Assembly (NCBI GenBank): GCA_030704615.1 | Contig: CM060733.1 | Span: 27,342,001 to 27,406,000 of the forward strand | Source: Takakia lepidozioides | Lineage: Eukaryota > Plantae > Bryophyta | DNA: 64,000 nucleotides | Direction of reading: 5' to 3' | In this document: in pieces, positions 24,370 to 35,980 of the stretch | How the letters are laid out: each line of letters opens with the position of its first letter | Position numbering within the stretch: position 1 is the first letter of the stretch | Program-made: the position numbers and the translations under genes | The notes under the pieces: generated by a model | Database searches by the model: none | Told to the model about the DNA's origin: nothing | What the model saw: only the letters and a program-made list of their open reading frames with translations

Positions 24370-25330
24370 CCAAGCTGACAATCCAGGTCAAGCAATTGAG
24401 ATCCATTGCTTGCCCCAACACCTGACGACGTGATGCCTCAGAAAGAGAAGGCACCGCCGTGTGGTCCCAGTGGAAAACCCCATAGCCCGCTCTCGCTCGT
24501 CGGCATTAGGCTCCACTAACTGCTGCAACTGAGCATCCCACAGGAGGCCAGGTCCACCATCCCGAAAAGCATGGGATCCTGGGAAGCTGAGCAGTGTAGG
24601 TAATGCTGCTCGTGGTTGACCCCTGTTGACCACTGCCAAAGGCGAACGGTCATCGTGTCTCACACGTTGAGACTGCCTCCCTGTGTCCAAAATGCCATCC
24701 ACGGTGAGGTGTGCTGGCCGCTGCACCCCATCAAATGCACGCTTGAGCAGTGCGGGTGGCATCAAGTTAGTCCACCATAGTCGTGGACGATGAGCCCGTG
24801 ACCCCACTGCAGCTGCATCCAGCAACACTGCTGACCCAAGCCACGACCGGACTTGATGCACACTGGCCATCACCCTGGCCCGAGAATCACCCATCAGTGG
24901 CACATTCTCCAAGATGTATGCCGGAGATACAGCCTGATGAAGCTGCAAGTGGCGCAAAATCCGCACCATCTCCCAAAACAGACCCGTCCTCGAGTCTCGC
25001 AATCCATTGCCATGCCCGGCTGATGAATGCCCTTGGCAGGGCCAACCTGCCACTACCAGATCAATGGAGCCAACCTGCTCCAAATCTGCGCCCCCAACGA
25101 AATGTCTGCTGGCAAGGCTTGTTGGTATCCACGAACTGCAGACACGGCAACAAGTCAGGGTACTGCTGTACCAACTGAGCACATGGCGCAGTGAGACGCG
25201 TCGTGCAGTCTCATCCCTCTCCACATACAGGTAACGCCTTACCCGTACACCTGCCTGTAGCACAGCAGCCAATCCGGTGCTGATCCCGCCAAACAAGTCC
25301 AGAAGGCAAATGCCTTCATCCGGGCCGCTG
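24370..25330 (-). CDS. C5 cytosine DNA methyltransferase domain (DNMT3-like) within Pol
   Basis: Motif I LLDLFGGISTG, II YVERD, IV DLVVAGWPCQG, VI ILENV, VIII RAHRPRLWW, IX ERERAMGF, X RRQVLGQAMD (after a frameshift). Confidence 0.93.
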
Positions 25331-25699
25331 CCACACAAGAGGTGTGGTGTCCAATGGCGACAACTGAGGTGGCCCTGGTGCAATCACCGCACTCTCCTCC
25401 TCTCCTGACGGTACAAAAGCTTCTACCCAAGCTTGTTGCACCCGTCCATCAGCAGCTGCTGCAAATCCTTGCTCGTACCCCACAACGGAGTGTGAGCAAC
25501 CATGGCAGGCAACTCCGCCGTACCATGCATGTCATCCTGCTCTGCTGGAGGTGGCACATCCTCTGCATGGGCATTGCCTTCCAGCAACTCTCCAGGCCAA
25601 CTAACTGCAGCTGTGAAAGGCGGCTAGTGTTGGCATCTTGCCCCGCTGGGCAGCTGCAATACCCCCAATGAATGTCACAGGAGCTGTGCACGGCGACCA

Positions 25700-26100
25700 T
25701 CCCTGACTGCCATCCAGGCCTGTAGGATGCTGACTCCTCCCAGAAATCCAGGGTGAAGCCCATGGGGTATAACACTGCCCCACCAACGAGGACATCGTAA
25801 GAGACCGCGTCTGTCACAATGGCCTTGGCTCGCATCACTGAGCCATCTACAGGATGATCCGGCTGCAGTCTAATAGCCAACTGATGCCGTGTCATGCCGC
25901 GAGCCTGCTCTGATCCTCCCAGAGATGTCTGTATCTGGAAAGGACAAGGCTCCATATCCGCCTCCATGAGGCCCAAACCTGCAATAGCAGCTCTGCCCAA
26001 CATCAGTGGCTGAGCTCCGAGTCCAACAAGACCCGCAGTGGCCGGTACTTCTTGCCTGCCGGTCCACTCAAAGTGAAAATGCCTCCCTGGTTGTCTAACA
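25700..26100 (-). CDS. Retroviral-type aspartic protease (frameshifted)
   Basis: LRVLLDSG catalytic motif at ~26030 continuing MLGRAAIAGLGL...YDVLVGGAVL. Confidence 0.8.
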
Positions 26101-26319
26101 AGACAACTCCAGGTGTCACCATGGCGCGCTCAAAGGCTGGCCTAGCTGGCAGCTCCGTCAATCTGGCAGCTGCAGCTTGCCAGGGCGCTGCCGTGGCAGT
26201 CTTGACCCTCAAATCCGAGGATCCCTCTGCCACTACACCTTCCACTAACTCCGCAGAAGATGAAGTGACCTCCCCACTCTCACAGAGTGTTGCTGCTAGT
26301 CTGAACACTGCAGCTGGTC

Positions 26320-28076
26320 TCACCCCGGCGTCGCAATCATGGTTGCCGAGAACAGTGGGGCTTGACACACAGAGGTGGCTGCCCCCAATAACACACCGGC
26401 TGCACTAGCCTTGGTAGCAGGAGTCAATGCTGCACGTGTAGCTCTCCCCAATGGCATAGTAACCTCCGCCTCGGTAACAGTCGGGCGAGAACTAGGTGCC
26501 ATGGATGGCGTCGACACAGTCTCCGCCAATGTGAATGACTGAGGAAGCCTCGCCTGACGGCTTGCCTCCCCACGCTGTGGATCCAATTCCACCTCTGCAC
26601 CTCGTGGCTCAGGAACTCGTGCTGCTCCTCGAGTCACGGCTGCAGCAGACTCCACCTGCTCTAGTGGTAGTGCTGCTCCGCACATAAATCCCATGCCTCC
26701 CATATCTCCTCCCTCAGGAGCAGGAGGTGGACCATCCCGCCTGGGAGCCGGTACCGCCTGAGCTATAGCCATGGCAGCGAGCCTCTGCTCTAGCTGCTGA
26801 AGCCGGTTGGCCATGCCTTGTCAACACCCTGACCTCCGCGTCCTTGGCCATGTTGAGCTTGCCCTTGGCCTGCACCTCGTGCCCGACCACCTCGTCCTCT
26901 CTGGGCTGGTCCACCTCGCCCCCGGCCACCATTGTTCCCTTGGAACTGGCCTGGGCGCAACTCAGGATGCAAGTCATAACACTGGGCATCTCCATGCCCA
27001 TACTTGCCACAATGCCCACACTGCAACTGTGCAGGCTGTGCTTGTGCCGGCCTTCTGCCACTCTCTGGGCAATCTCTCTTGACATGGGGTCCTCCACATG
27101 TCCAACATATCACCCCTGGTTGCTGTTGGCCTGCAAAAGATGCCACGGGCCTCTGCACCTGAGGTCCCCTGTAAGCTCCATGGAACTTGGGCTGGGCAAC
27201 CTTGCCCCCCTGACCACGCTGTTGGGCAGTCCCTTGTGCTGTGGGCTGACAGCTGTGCCCCGTACAGGCATGTCCTTGCCAAATCCAATTGTAACAACTC
27301 GCTCCTCCACCATGTTGAGCTCAATCCGCTCAGCCAGCAGAAACACATCTGCTAATGTGGGTTGGGCTGCTTGTAACAGGGTTGCATCTCGCACCCTTCT
27401 CTTGAGCTCCTTGTCCAGAATTCCATACCAAAACTGGATTGCCTGAGCTTCAGTAACCCCTTGGGTCACACTTATCAAGCGCCTCATACGAGTGTACGCC
27501 TCTCGCAGGCTCTCACTGGGTTTGCGCTGGAAGTCTTGCAAACTTCGCAGCTTCTCTGTCCGTACACCTTGGTAGTTCCTCCGCAACTCCTGGAAGAACT
27601 CCACCACCGGGTTGAATCTAGGCACATGTGTTGTAAGTGGCAGGAGGAGTAGTAGCACCTTTTGAACTGGTACCACCTGCAGAAGTACCAGCACTACTTG
27701 CTCCACTACTAGTGCTGGCAGTGGGAGCTATTGGTACTGATGCAGCTACTGGTCGCGTCGTGCCTCGAGTAATGGAGACGTAGTCAGGTGACCAATACAT
27801 CCTCCACTCCTCAATCTCTGCTTCATGTCCTCGCCTGAACTCGTGGTAATCGTCCATAGGCGGGCCTTCCAAATGCTGGAACAGTCCCTTCCACGCCATG
27901 AATGGGGTGAATAGCTGTGGATTGCGCATCTGCTGCAAATCACACCAGCTGTCGAACTCCTGGATAAAGTCATCCAACTCGATTGTGCCCACAGCTCCAG
28001 AGTACCTACGAGGCCCCTTGGTAGCTCCATACATCTCCTCCATGTCGTCCCACAACAATGGCGAATGAAAGTGCAC
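26320..28076 (-). CDS. Gag (capsid-like domain + two CCHC zinc knuckles), frameshifted
   Basis: LRSLQDFQRKPSESLREAYTRMRRL (Retrotrans_gag MHR-like); CWTCGGPHVKRDC and CGHCGKYGHGDAQC knuckles; RGG-rich tail. Confidence 0.85.
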
Positions 28077-28999
28077 ACCTGTTGATGAAGCCTCCGAGTC
28101 TGTGTCTGACTACAGTATTGAGGGTGGCGGTGAAGGTGGTCTGAACCGAATACCTCGTCTTGTGAACCCACTCTCACTGTACTGCTGTAGCCGTACTCCC
28201 CTCAAAACCCTTGGGTAACTCCGTAATGACACTCACAATGTGCACCTCCTCCACGTGACACTATAAGGCTCTAGTACTAATCTAATAGTGACACGGGTGG
28301 GCACCTGTTGCAGTCTAAGGGTCATATCCCAATGGCTCAGGGCACCTGCACCTGCATCCACCGCAAGAACTCCTATGGTTGGCTGGTCATCAACCCAGCC
28401 TCACCATAGAAGAAACACTGGTGGTCTTGCTGGTCATCACTCCAGCCTCACCACCGACAGCATACTCTAGGATTGACCGGTGATCAAATCCGGCCTAATC
28501 CCTATGAAAGCAAGCGCCCACAAAACCAACATGGCGCACAGTCAAGCATGCAGGTGTTGGGGGGGATCCAAACACAAGAAATCAAAACATCAACACCCCC
28601 ACACCAAAATCCAGCAGCAACGCTGATCCTGCAGAATATCCCAGCCCAAAACCCGGACTGACTGGCCTCCACCAAGAGAGGCTTTGGCAACTACAAGTAC
28701 AAGGTAATGAAAATAGTACAGAGATGGAGGGGAAGAATAGAAGCCCGCCCAAGCAAGATCTAATCCTGATCTATGCTATCAACTTCCAGACTTCTCTCAA
28801 AGTGCCTCGCTCTGCTTGATGGTAAGGTGTAGGAGGTATATCTATGTCCAGAAAAACCTGCCACTAACCTTGTCCCAAGCTACAGTAGCTCGCTCTAACC
28901 AACCCTCCTCCTCTTTCTGCCAGGTAGAGACAAAGCAACACTCTGCTATCTCCCGCTCACTGAACACTAAAGAAAACAAAGGTAGGGTCTGATAGTCTC

Positions 29000-29467
29000 T
29001 CAACTCGAAAGCTTTGAGACGGTTGCGGGTGTCTCATTGCGAATGACTGCATCGCCTTCAAACAGAACAAACTTGTCCTCGCTAATGAACCCCCGCTCGT
29101 GGTTGCCTTGTGCAGAGCGTGTCCGACTGCAACACTGTCTAATTGCACAAACTTGTGCAGCTCCTGCTCCTCTGCTCCAGTACACCACGGCCTTGTGGCT
29201 GAACACCTTGGTCCCCGGGGCTGTCTTTGGCTGTGTTCCAAGCCTAGCTTTCACCCACTTTGGTATTTCACCTACAGCTGCAGAACTGCTGGCTCCAACA
29301 GAGTTCTGACTGTCCAAGGCGATATTGAGGCCCTCAATGCCAACTACAGCAGTCTGTTGTCTACTGCTAATGCCTGACTCCCAGTATGCAATCAACTCGT
29401 CCAACTGTTCTCCACTCAAATCAGTCTGAGTTCCTTGGGAAACATAAATCTGTCCCCTTGTGTGCAC
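29000..29467 (-). CDS. Uncharacterised accessory ORF in the retroelement 5' region
   Basis: 155-aa ORF, same strand as gag/pol, no recognisable motif. Confidence 0.3.
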   Translation of the reverse strand: MHTRGQIYVSQGTQTDLSGEQLDELIAYWESGISSRQQTAVVGIEGLNIALDSQNSVGASSSAAVGEIPKWVKARLGTQPKTAPGTKVFSHKAVVYWSRGAGAAQVCAIRQCCSRTRSAQGNHERGFISEDKFVLFEGDAVIRNETPATVSKLSS

Positions 29468-30236
29468 AGACTAAGAGAAGAGACCTGCCCTTCAATTACG
29501 TCCTCATTTCCCCCAGCCATGCAGGAGTACATCCACCAATTTGTCTCTCATATAGACCAGCACAGGTTCTAGAGACAGGATTGTGGATCTTTCATGGCAC
29601 ACTCACACTCTAAAAATTCCATAGATTTTTAGCAGAGTCCCCAAAACAGAAACCAGGTTTAGATAGGTAGATTTCCCCTTTCTGCAGCTATCCCCCCAAA
29701 AACTGGGTCAAACAGAGTCCATTTGACAAAGATATGATGAATTTGGCTCCAAATCATTCAAATTAGATTAAAAAGGGGTTTTTTTTTTTTAAAAGGTTTT
29801 CAAGTTTTAAAAATTCAAAGTTACACCAAAATATCTGGTAACTGGTTCCCGGTTCCCTAAGTTCTATATGGCATCCTAGGTTCCCTGGCCACGTGCCTGC
29901 TGTTCCCCTCCATTCATTTGAGTTCAACAGCTCACCATGCTTTGGAATCCCAACCGTCTTCTACCACAAACCGTGGTGACGATGGAGTTCGTGAAGCGAT
30001 CCTTCCCAGTGAACCCTCGAGAGACGAGTCCCCTGTGCACTTGATATACACTCTCTTAATAGAGATCAAAATCAGCAAGGAGACACCATTGACGACACCC
30101 AGAGATCAGAGACAAGTACTTGCGCAGTTTGGAGGCCACAGCATCCCCTCTGGACACTGAGCGGGGAATAGCTGCTACACAGCAGCTCAGTCTATCGTCA
30201 GCTCCTATACCTACTAGCTTCCTGCCCCTGCCATAA

Positions 30237-30680
30237 TCAAGAGACAAGTGACACAACACCAGCTGGAAACACCTTTCCTGAATTTTTGTATCGAGAGCCC
30301 ATCACAAACAAGAGAAGCCCTGAAACAGCAACACCGATAGAGGACGCAAGGACAGGGTTCGAGGGCAGGTTCAGATAGACATAATAGAGGATCAGAGCTG
30401 ACCCTCCCCCTGACAGCAAAGACTTGCTGCTCCCAGATTTTGCAAATCCGATCACTCCTCCCAGACCAACAAGGACTGCATACGCCAAGGTCAGCTTCTG
30501 CGACATAGACAGCTTCATCTTTCCGTCACCACTTCCCTCTTCCTGTCCTCCCTCACCACCGTTCCTGTTGCCTCCATTGCCCGACACTTGGGTTACATGC
30601 TCAGCCAGACCTTCAAAAAACCTGGCCCAAAATTCACTGGCTGCTCGGACACTGACATGACCAAACCTCTTTAACTCCAA
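30237..30680 (-). CDS. TMEM14/FAX4-like (fatty acid export) membrane domain captured in the retroelement
   Basis: LSMSQKLTLAYAVLVGLGGVIGFAKSGSSKSLLSGG...PVLASSIG...VMGSRYKNSGKVFPAGVVS closely matches the plant FAX4 Tmemb_14 domain, including the preceding Gly-rich linker. Confidence 0.85.
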   Translation of the reverse strand: MELKRFGHVSVRAASEFWARFFEGLAEHVTQVSGNGGNRNGGEGGQEEGSGDGKMKLSMSQKLTLAYAVLVGLGGVIGFAKSGSSKSLLSGGGSALILYYVYLNLPSNPVLASSIGVAVSGLLLFVMGSRYKNSGKVFPAGVVSLVS

Positions 30681-32265
30681 TCAGCCTGCTGCTGAGTTAC
30701 GATCTCATCACCAAGCAAAATCTATCCCAATGCCCAGTTGAGCTGCCAGTCTCGCATTCACTTTCCCCACCAAGGCAGCTGCAGTACACTGACTGTCTTA
30801 GCTCCCTCCATGACAACCTCCCGCATTTGGGCAAGTTCAGCTTCACGGACCTCCCAGCGACTTAGCAGCTGCTTCAGGTCATGGTCCTAGCTAGCGCATG
30901 CTGGGCTGCAACCAGTTGCAGATCCTTATCGTGTAGAAACCCCTTCACTGCTCTCTTTCCATCTCCTGATGCCATGCTCCATCCTCCAGCCACTTCACTT
31001 GTTTCAGGCACCCAGGTCCCTATGGGCAGGTCACATGCTCCTGTGCCAGCCAGAACAGTGACATTCGACCCCTTCGTCTTCAGGAACAAGCTGGTAGCTT
31101 CCTTGATGTCATCAGTTTCCTGGACACTTAAACGGCAGTATGGTCGCCACCTCTAATTGAGGCAGTAGTGGTGACGAAAGGAGAAGAGAAACACAGGGAA
31201 AGAGCGAGGAAAAATAAGGGCGGAGAACTGCTCATGTCAAAAGGTCAAAGCCAAGAGGTCGAAACATTGTGCGAAGGGGGACTGTGTTTCTGCTGCCCTC
31301 TCCCACTTCAGCGCAACATTCAGCGTCCAGAGAGTGAAGTCCCTCAAAATTTAGAGAGTGAACCCACCGGCAACAGGAGTGCTCTCAAGCGGACATTGAG
31401 CGCCCTCCACTGACTCAGTTGAGTGTGCAAACCTTTCTGCTCATGCAGTTCCAGCAGTCAATACTCACTCCTAGTGATGATGATGTTCATGCCCTAGAAG
31501 ACCACCCTCTCCTATCACCTTCAACTGAAAGACTGGGCTGCAGACTGAGCATTCATACTGTTTGTCCTTCTCCAGCTTGAACCATGTCACATCATGCTCA
31601 TCCTCACAACACCTCCTGAGCACCCAACTATCCGCTCATCATAGTGTGACTCCACAATTGCAGGGGCATCCTTGGTTCCAAAGGGACCACGAGGCGGATC
31701 CAGATCAAAGCGCTTCCCACCCGAGCGCTCCGCTTCCAACTCCTCCAGCTCAACTCCTGTTGCAATTCCAAAATCGCCCGAGCTGCCTCCTGCACTTGCC
31801 AAATCACGACTACGATGCAAACCACCGCGCATATGAGAGACCCCGATGTTCTGATTGCTCCGCTTGCAGTTGCGGGTTACACAGCAATGTCGGTGGAGGC
31901 ACACATGGTACACGCCTGGATGCAACCAACCGTGAGAGCCTGCATCCAGCCGTCCTCAACATAGCGCCCCACTCCCTCTGGGCCTTGCCATCACACCACC
32001 AGCTGCCATCGATATATCCTCCGCAGCCGGCGACGCCCTTACAGTGGAAGCACACCTCGCCAATGCCAACAGAAATATGGGCAGACCACCATTACTCTCT
32101 CTTCTACCACACCATTGCGACTGGAGATGTGAGACGAACTCAAGCTAGAGCCGTTCTATGCTCCTTGCTTGAGCTGCGTACAAGACCATGACCATCTATA
32201 TTATAATAGTGCTTTAAAAAAAACAAAAACATCATATCTAGCTTAGCACTGGAAAACTAGATAGT

Positions 32266-32281
32266 GCTCATCTCTCTCGAG
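32266..32281 (-). promoter_or_regulatory. Self-priming primer binding site
   Basis: The 16 nt immediately inside the 5' LTR are the exact reverse complement of LTR positions 32473-32488. There is no TGG tRNA-type PBS. Confidence 0.85.
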
Positions 32282-32638
32282 TGATAACCAAACTAGATAA
32301 GGACACACACTCTCAACACAAGAAATATGCAATCCCTCAACATCACTCTTTAAGATAATAGTCGAGCCAGGGGCACCCCAAGCTATGGGGACTCCACCCC
32401 ACAACAACCTACACTCCCATCATAAGCACACTCAGATCTGAAGAATGCAGGAGCTCGGTCGCGTAGGCTCAACTCGAGAGAGATGAGCTGCGCGACTGCC
32501 GCTCTCGTGAAGATAAGACGGACCAGGTGTCAAACTAAACTTGACACCTGATTTAACACTTGACCTAAATCCAAGTGTTAAATACAAATAACTAGTTTTA
32601 TGCTAGCTGTTTTCACACTGTGCTTATTTAACTTGACA
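32282..32638 (-). repeat. 5' LTR, part B only (lacks the 85-bp A segment and GC)
   Basis: Matches 20250-20601 apart from a few small indels and about one substitution. Confidence 0.95.
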
Positions 32639-32642
32639 AGGG

Positions 32643-32916
32643 AGGTAATCCATTTGATTTGGAAAGGTACATGGATTGTTGGACAAAGACTTGGGAATTC
32701 AACCCCGAAGATCCTCCACAGTGGATCCATGTTGACACCGTTGTTTGGACCATGCCCGCGAGAAAGAATATTGCGAGGTCAAGCACAAAGCGGATAAGTG
32801 TCAAAGAGGCAGAGAAAACGAAAGCTAATATCGATAAAGCGAATCTCCAATGTGACGCAGAAACAAGTTCTTTGCGTAATTTCGAACAATCTGAAGACAT
32901 TAACCATGATGTATGA
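32643..32916 (+). pseudogene. DUF7869/Sola-like transposase, C-terminal part
   Basis: Joins 20163 in frame after TSD removal: RPKKG|GNPFDLERYMDCWTKTWEFNP. Homologous to 5840-6076. Confidence 0.85.
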
Positions 32917-34447
32917 TATGTTAACAATGACATATTGACGTCAATTCAATCAAAGTTTGATTTTAATAATAGAATTCGTGTCACCAATTTTTTTTTTATC
33001 AGATTCAGTAGTTGTATGTTTATTATTATTTTTATCTTGATGTTGTTTTTGCTACAATGTGATAGTGATTTGAAGTGTATGACATATCATTTTGTACTTT
33101 GGAAATCTTCCTCGGGTGTTCATTAATTATTGAAACAACCAGAAAATATTGTTTTAGGCATTATATGTATATTAATTGTAGGAATTATGATAGGTGAACT
33201 CAACATATCATTATAGTGGGCATGATAAGATGGACATGTTTGTATTTAACGGGCGTCATTATTAGAAATATAGGTAAGACTTCTACCAAGTGGATAAGTT
33301 ATATATATACGTGTATGTTGCGAATTATTTTTGTCAAGAACATACATTGGTGTAACTAATTAATTGTAGGAACGACAAGAAAACATTGTATTGGGCATTA
33401 GGTGGTTAGTGTGTGCATACGGTCTGAGCATTGGTAAATATGTATTGACAATATCTATCAATAATACACTAATCAATTGTATGAGTTACCAACATGATTG
33501 CATTATAATGGACACTATGAGGTGGATGTCATGTTTGTATGGATGGGATGTCATTATCAGAAATTTAGGCATTGATATGGTGGATATAATGTACTAATAT
33601 GCTAATAAGTGTGTGTTGACAATTATATGTATGGATTTATGTGTTAAATGTGTGTTGACAATTATCTTTTGAAGGTTTACTAATGTATATTAAAAAAAAA
33701 ATTGTTTTTACATCAGGGTTTAGGGTTTCTAGGGTATTGGTACTATGATTAGGGCATGTAACTTATTTCATGAATAGAAATGTTTGTTCCTTTTGAAGCT
33801 TACTAATATGTTACCTTAAATCTATTTAAATTTCTCTTCACATCATATATAGGGTTTAGGGTTTCTAGGATAGTATTTTCAAGTGTACTATTATTAGTGC
33901 ACTCTAAATAGAATGAGAAATTGAAAAGCTTACTAATATTTACTCAAATCTGTTTTTATTCTTATTACATTATAGTTAGAGTTATGTTGACACATGATGT
34001 CAATTCTGCATAAAAGATTTCATGAAATTAACATCAATGAATATTCTATATTTTTCAACGTGAATCACTTTGATATATTGGACTATGATATCATGCAAAT
34101 ATTATAGAGTCCGGCGGTATGTCTTTCGTCAAGAGTCTTGACTTTTCTCTCTCCTTGTGTGAAGGGCTTTCTAGGGGACCCATTTATCAAAGTTGAACAT
34201 GTGAATTAAATTGACTTCAGTGACTAAACTAAATAGCATTATCATCAAATTTGTTCCAAAGATTTCTCATTTGTATTATAAACTTTCAAGAATTAGAATT
34301 TTTAATAGTTCAACTTCAATTTCGAAGTGAAATAATTAAATATAATTATTTCTCATGTTATTTGTTAAATTAAATTAAATTGTCACGTATACTAAGTTTG
34401 ATCTGGAATTAACGAAAAAAATCCGGAATTAGTTAAAATTGAGTTAC

Positions 34448-35980
34448 TGCATGCTTCTGAACCAATATGGAGGGATTTGAACTGAGGGATGTAAATGTAT
34501 TCACCTACACAAGAGTTTCTCAATGCAAAACTCTTCTCTGACAGTGTTTTTGTTAAAAAACTTGCATGTTTTGAACCAGTATGGGGGGACATGGACTGAG
34601 GGATTTGAATTGCTTTGCCATAAGAAAAAAAAGTTTCTCAACACGAAACTCTCATCTGACAATGTTTTTGTTCAAAAACCTGCATGTTTTGAACCAATAT
34701 GGAGGGACGTGGACTGAGAGATTTGAATTGCTTCGCCAAAACAAAAAAAGTTTCTCAACACAAAACTCTTCTCGGATAGTGTTTTTGTTCAAAAACCTGC
34801 ATGCTTTGAACCAATATGGAGGGACGTGGACTGAGAGATTCAAATTGCTTCATCATAACAAAACTGTTTCTCAACACGAAACTCTTCTCGGACAATGTTT
34901 TTGTTCAAAAATCTGTATGCCAATATCGAAGGGAATGGACTGAGGGATTTGAATTGTTTCGTCATACAAAATAGTTTCTTAACACGAAACTCTTCTCTGA
35001 CAGTGTTCTTGTTCAAAAACCTACATGTTTTTGAACCAATATGGAGGGACATGGACTGAGAGATTTGAATTACTTTGCCATAACAAAAGAGTTTCTCAAC
35101 ACGAAACTTTTTTGTGACAGTGTATTTGTTTGAAAACCTACATGCTTTTGAACCAATATCGAGGGACGTGGACTGAGATATTTGAATTGTTTCGCCATAA
35201 CAAAATAGTTTCTCAACACAAAACTCTTCTGGGACAGTGTGTTTGTTCAAAAACTTGCATGCTTTTGAAGCAATATGGAGAGACGTTGACTGAGAGATTT
35301 GAATTGCTTCGCCATAACAAAAGAGTTTATCAACACGAAGCTCTTCTCGGACAGTGTTTTTGTTCAAAAAACCTGCATGCTTTTGAACCAATATGGAGGG
35401 ACATGGACTGGGAGATTTGAATTCTTTCGCTATAACAAAAGAGTTTATCAACACGAAACTCTTATGTGACAATGTATTTGTTAAAAAACCTCCATGTTTT
35501 CGAACAAATATGGAGGGATATGGACTGAGGGATTTAAACTCTTTGCCGTGACAAAAGAGTCTCTCAACACAAAACTCTGTCTGACATGGGTTTTGTTCAA
35601 AAATCTGCATCATTTCTTCAACACGAAACTCTTGTCTGAATTTTATTTTTGGATGGATATGAATTGAGGGATTTGAACTGCTTGACTGTAACAAAAGAGT
35701 ATTTCAACACGAAACTCTTGTCTGACAATGTATTTGTTCAAAAATTAGTATGCTTTGAGACGATATAGAGGGATATGAATCGAGGGACTTGAAGTGTTTT
35801 CCTGTAACAAAATAGTTTCTCAACAAGAAACTCATGTATGACATTGTTCTTATTCAAAAACTTACATGCTGTTGAACCAATATTGAGAGATATCAACTGA
35901 GGGATTTGAACTATTTTGTCGTGACAAAAGAGTTTTTCAACACGAAAGTCTTGTCTGACAGTGTATTTGTTAAAAGACAT
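34448..35980. repeat. Tandem array, ~13 diverged copies of a ~117-118-bp unit
   Basis: GAACCAATATGGAGGGAC..GACTGAG..GTTTCTCAACACGAAACTC recurs at ~34459, 34573, 34691, 34808, 35033, 35150, 35267, 35385, 35502, 35757 and 35874. Confidence 0.92.

Larger units (their letters stand above)
20164..32638 (-). mobile_element. Ty3/gypsy-type retrotransposon with split/permuted LTRs, encoding a DNA methyltransferase and PHD finger
   Basis: TG...CA termini, 4-bp TSD AGGG (20160-20163, 32639-32642), gag-PR-DNMT-RT-RH-IN-PHD order on the minus strand. Removing the element restores the host transposase frame. Confidence 0.95.

Noticed and set aside
20164-32638. Classification as a DIRS/Ngaro tyrosine-recombinase element
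   Set aside because: It has a protease, DDE integrase, Ty3-type RT, TG...CA ends and a 4-bp TSD. No YR motif seen.
34448-35980. CRISPR-like array or the 284-aa ORF 34840-35694
   Set aside because: Whole units repeat with no unique spacers. The ORF is a by-product of the tandem repeat.
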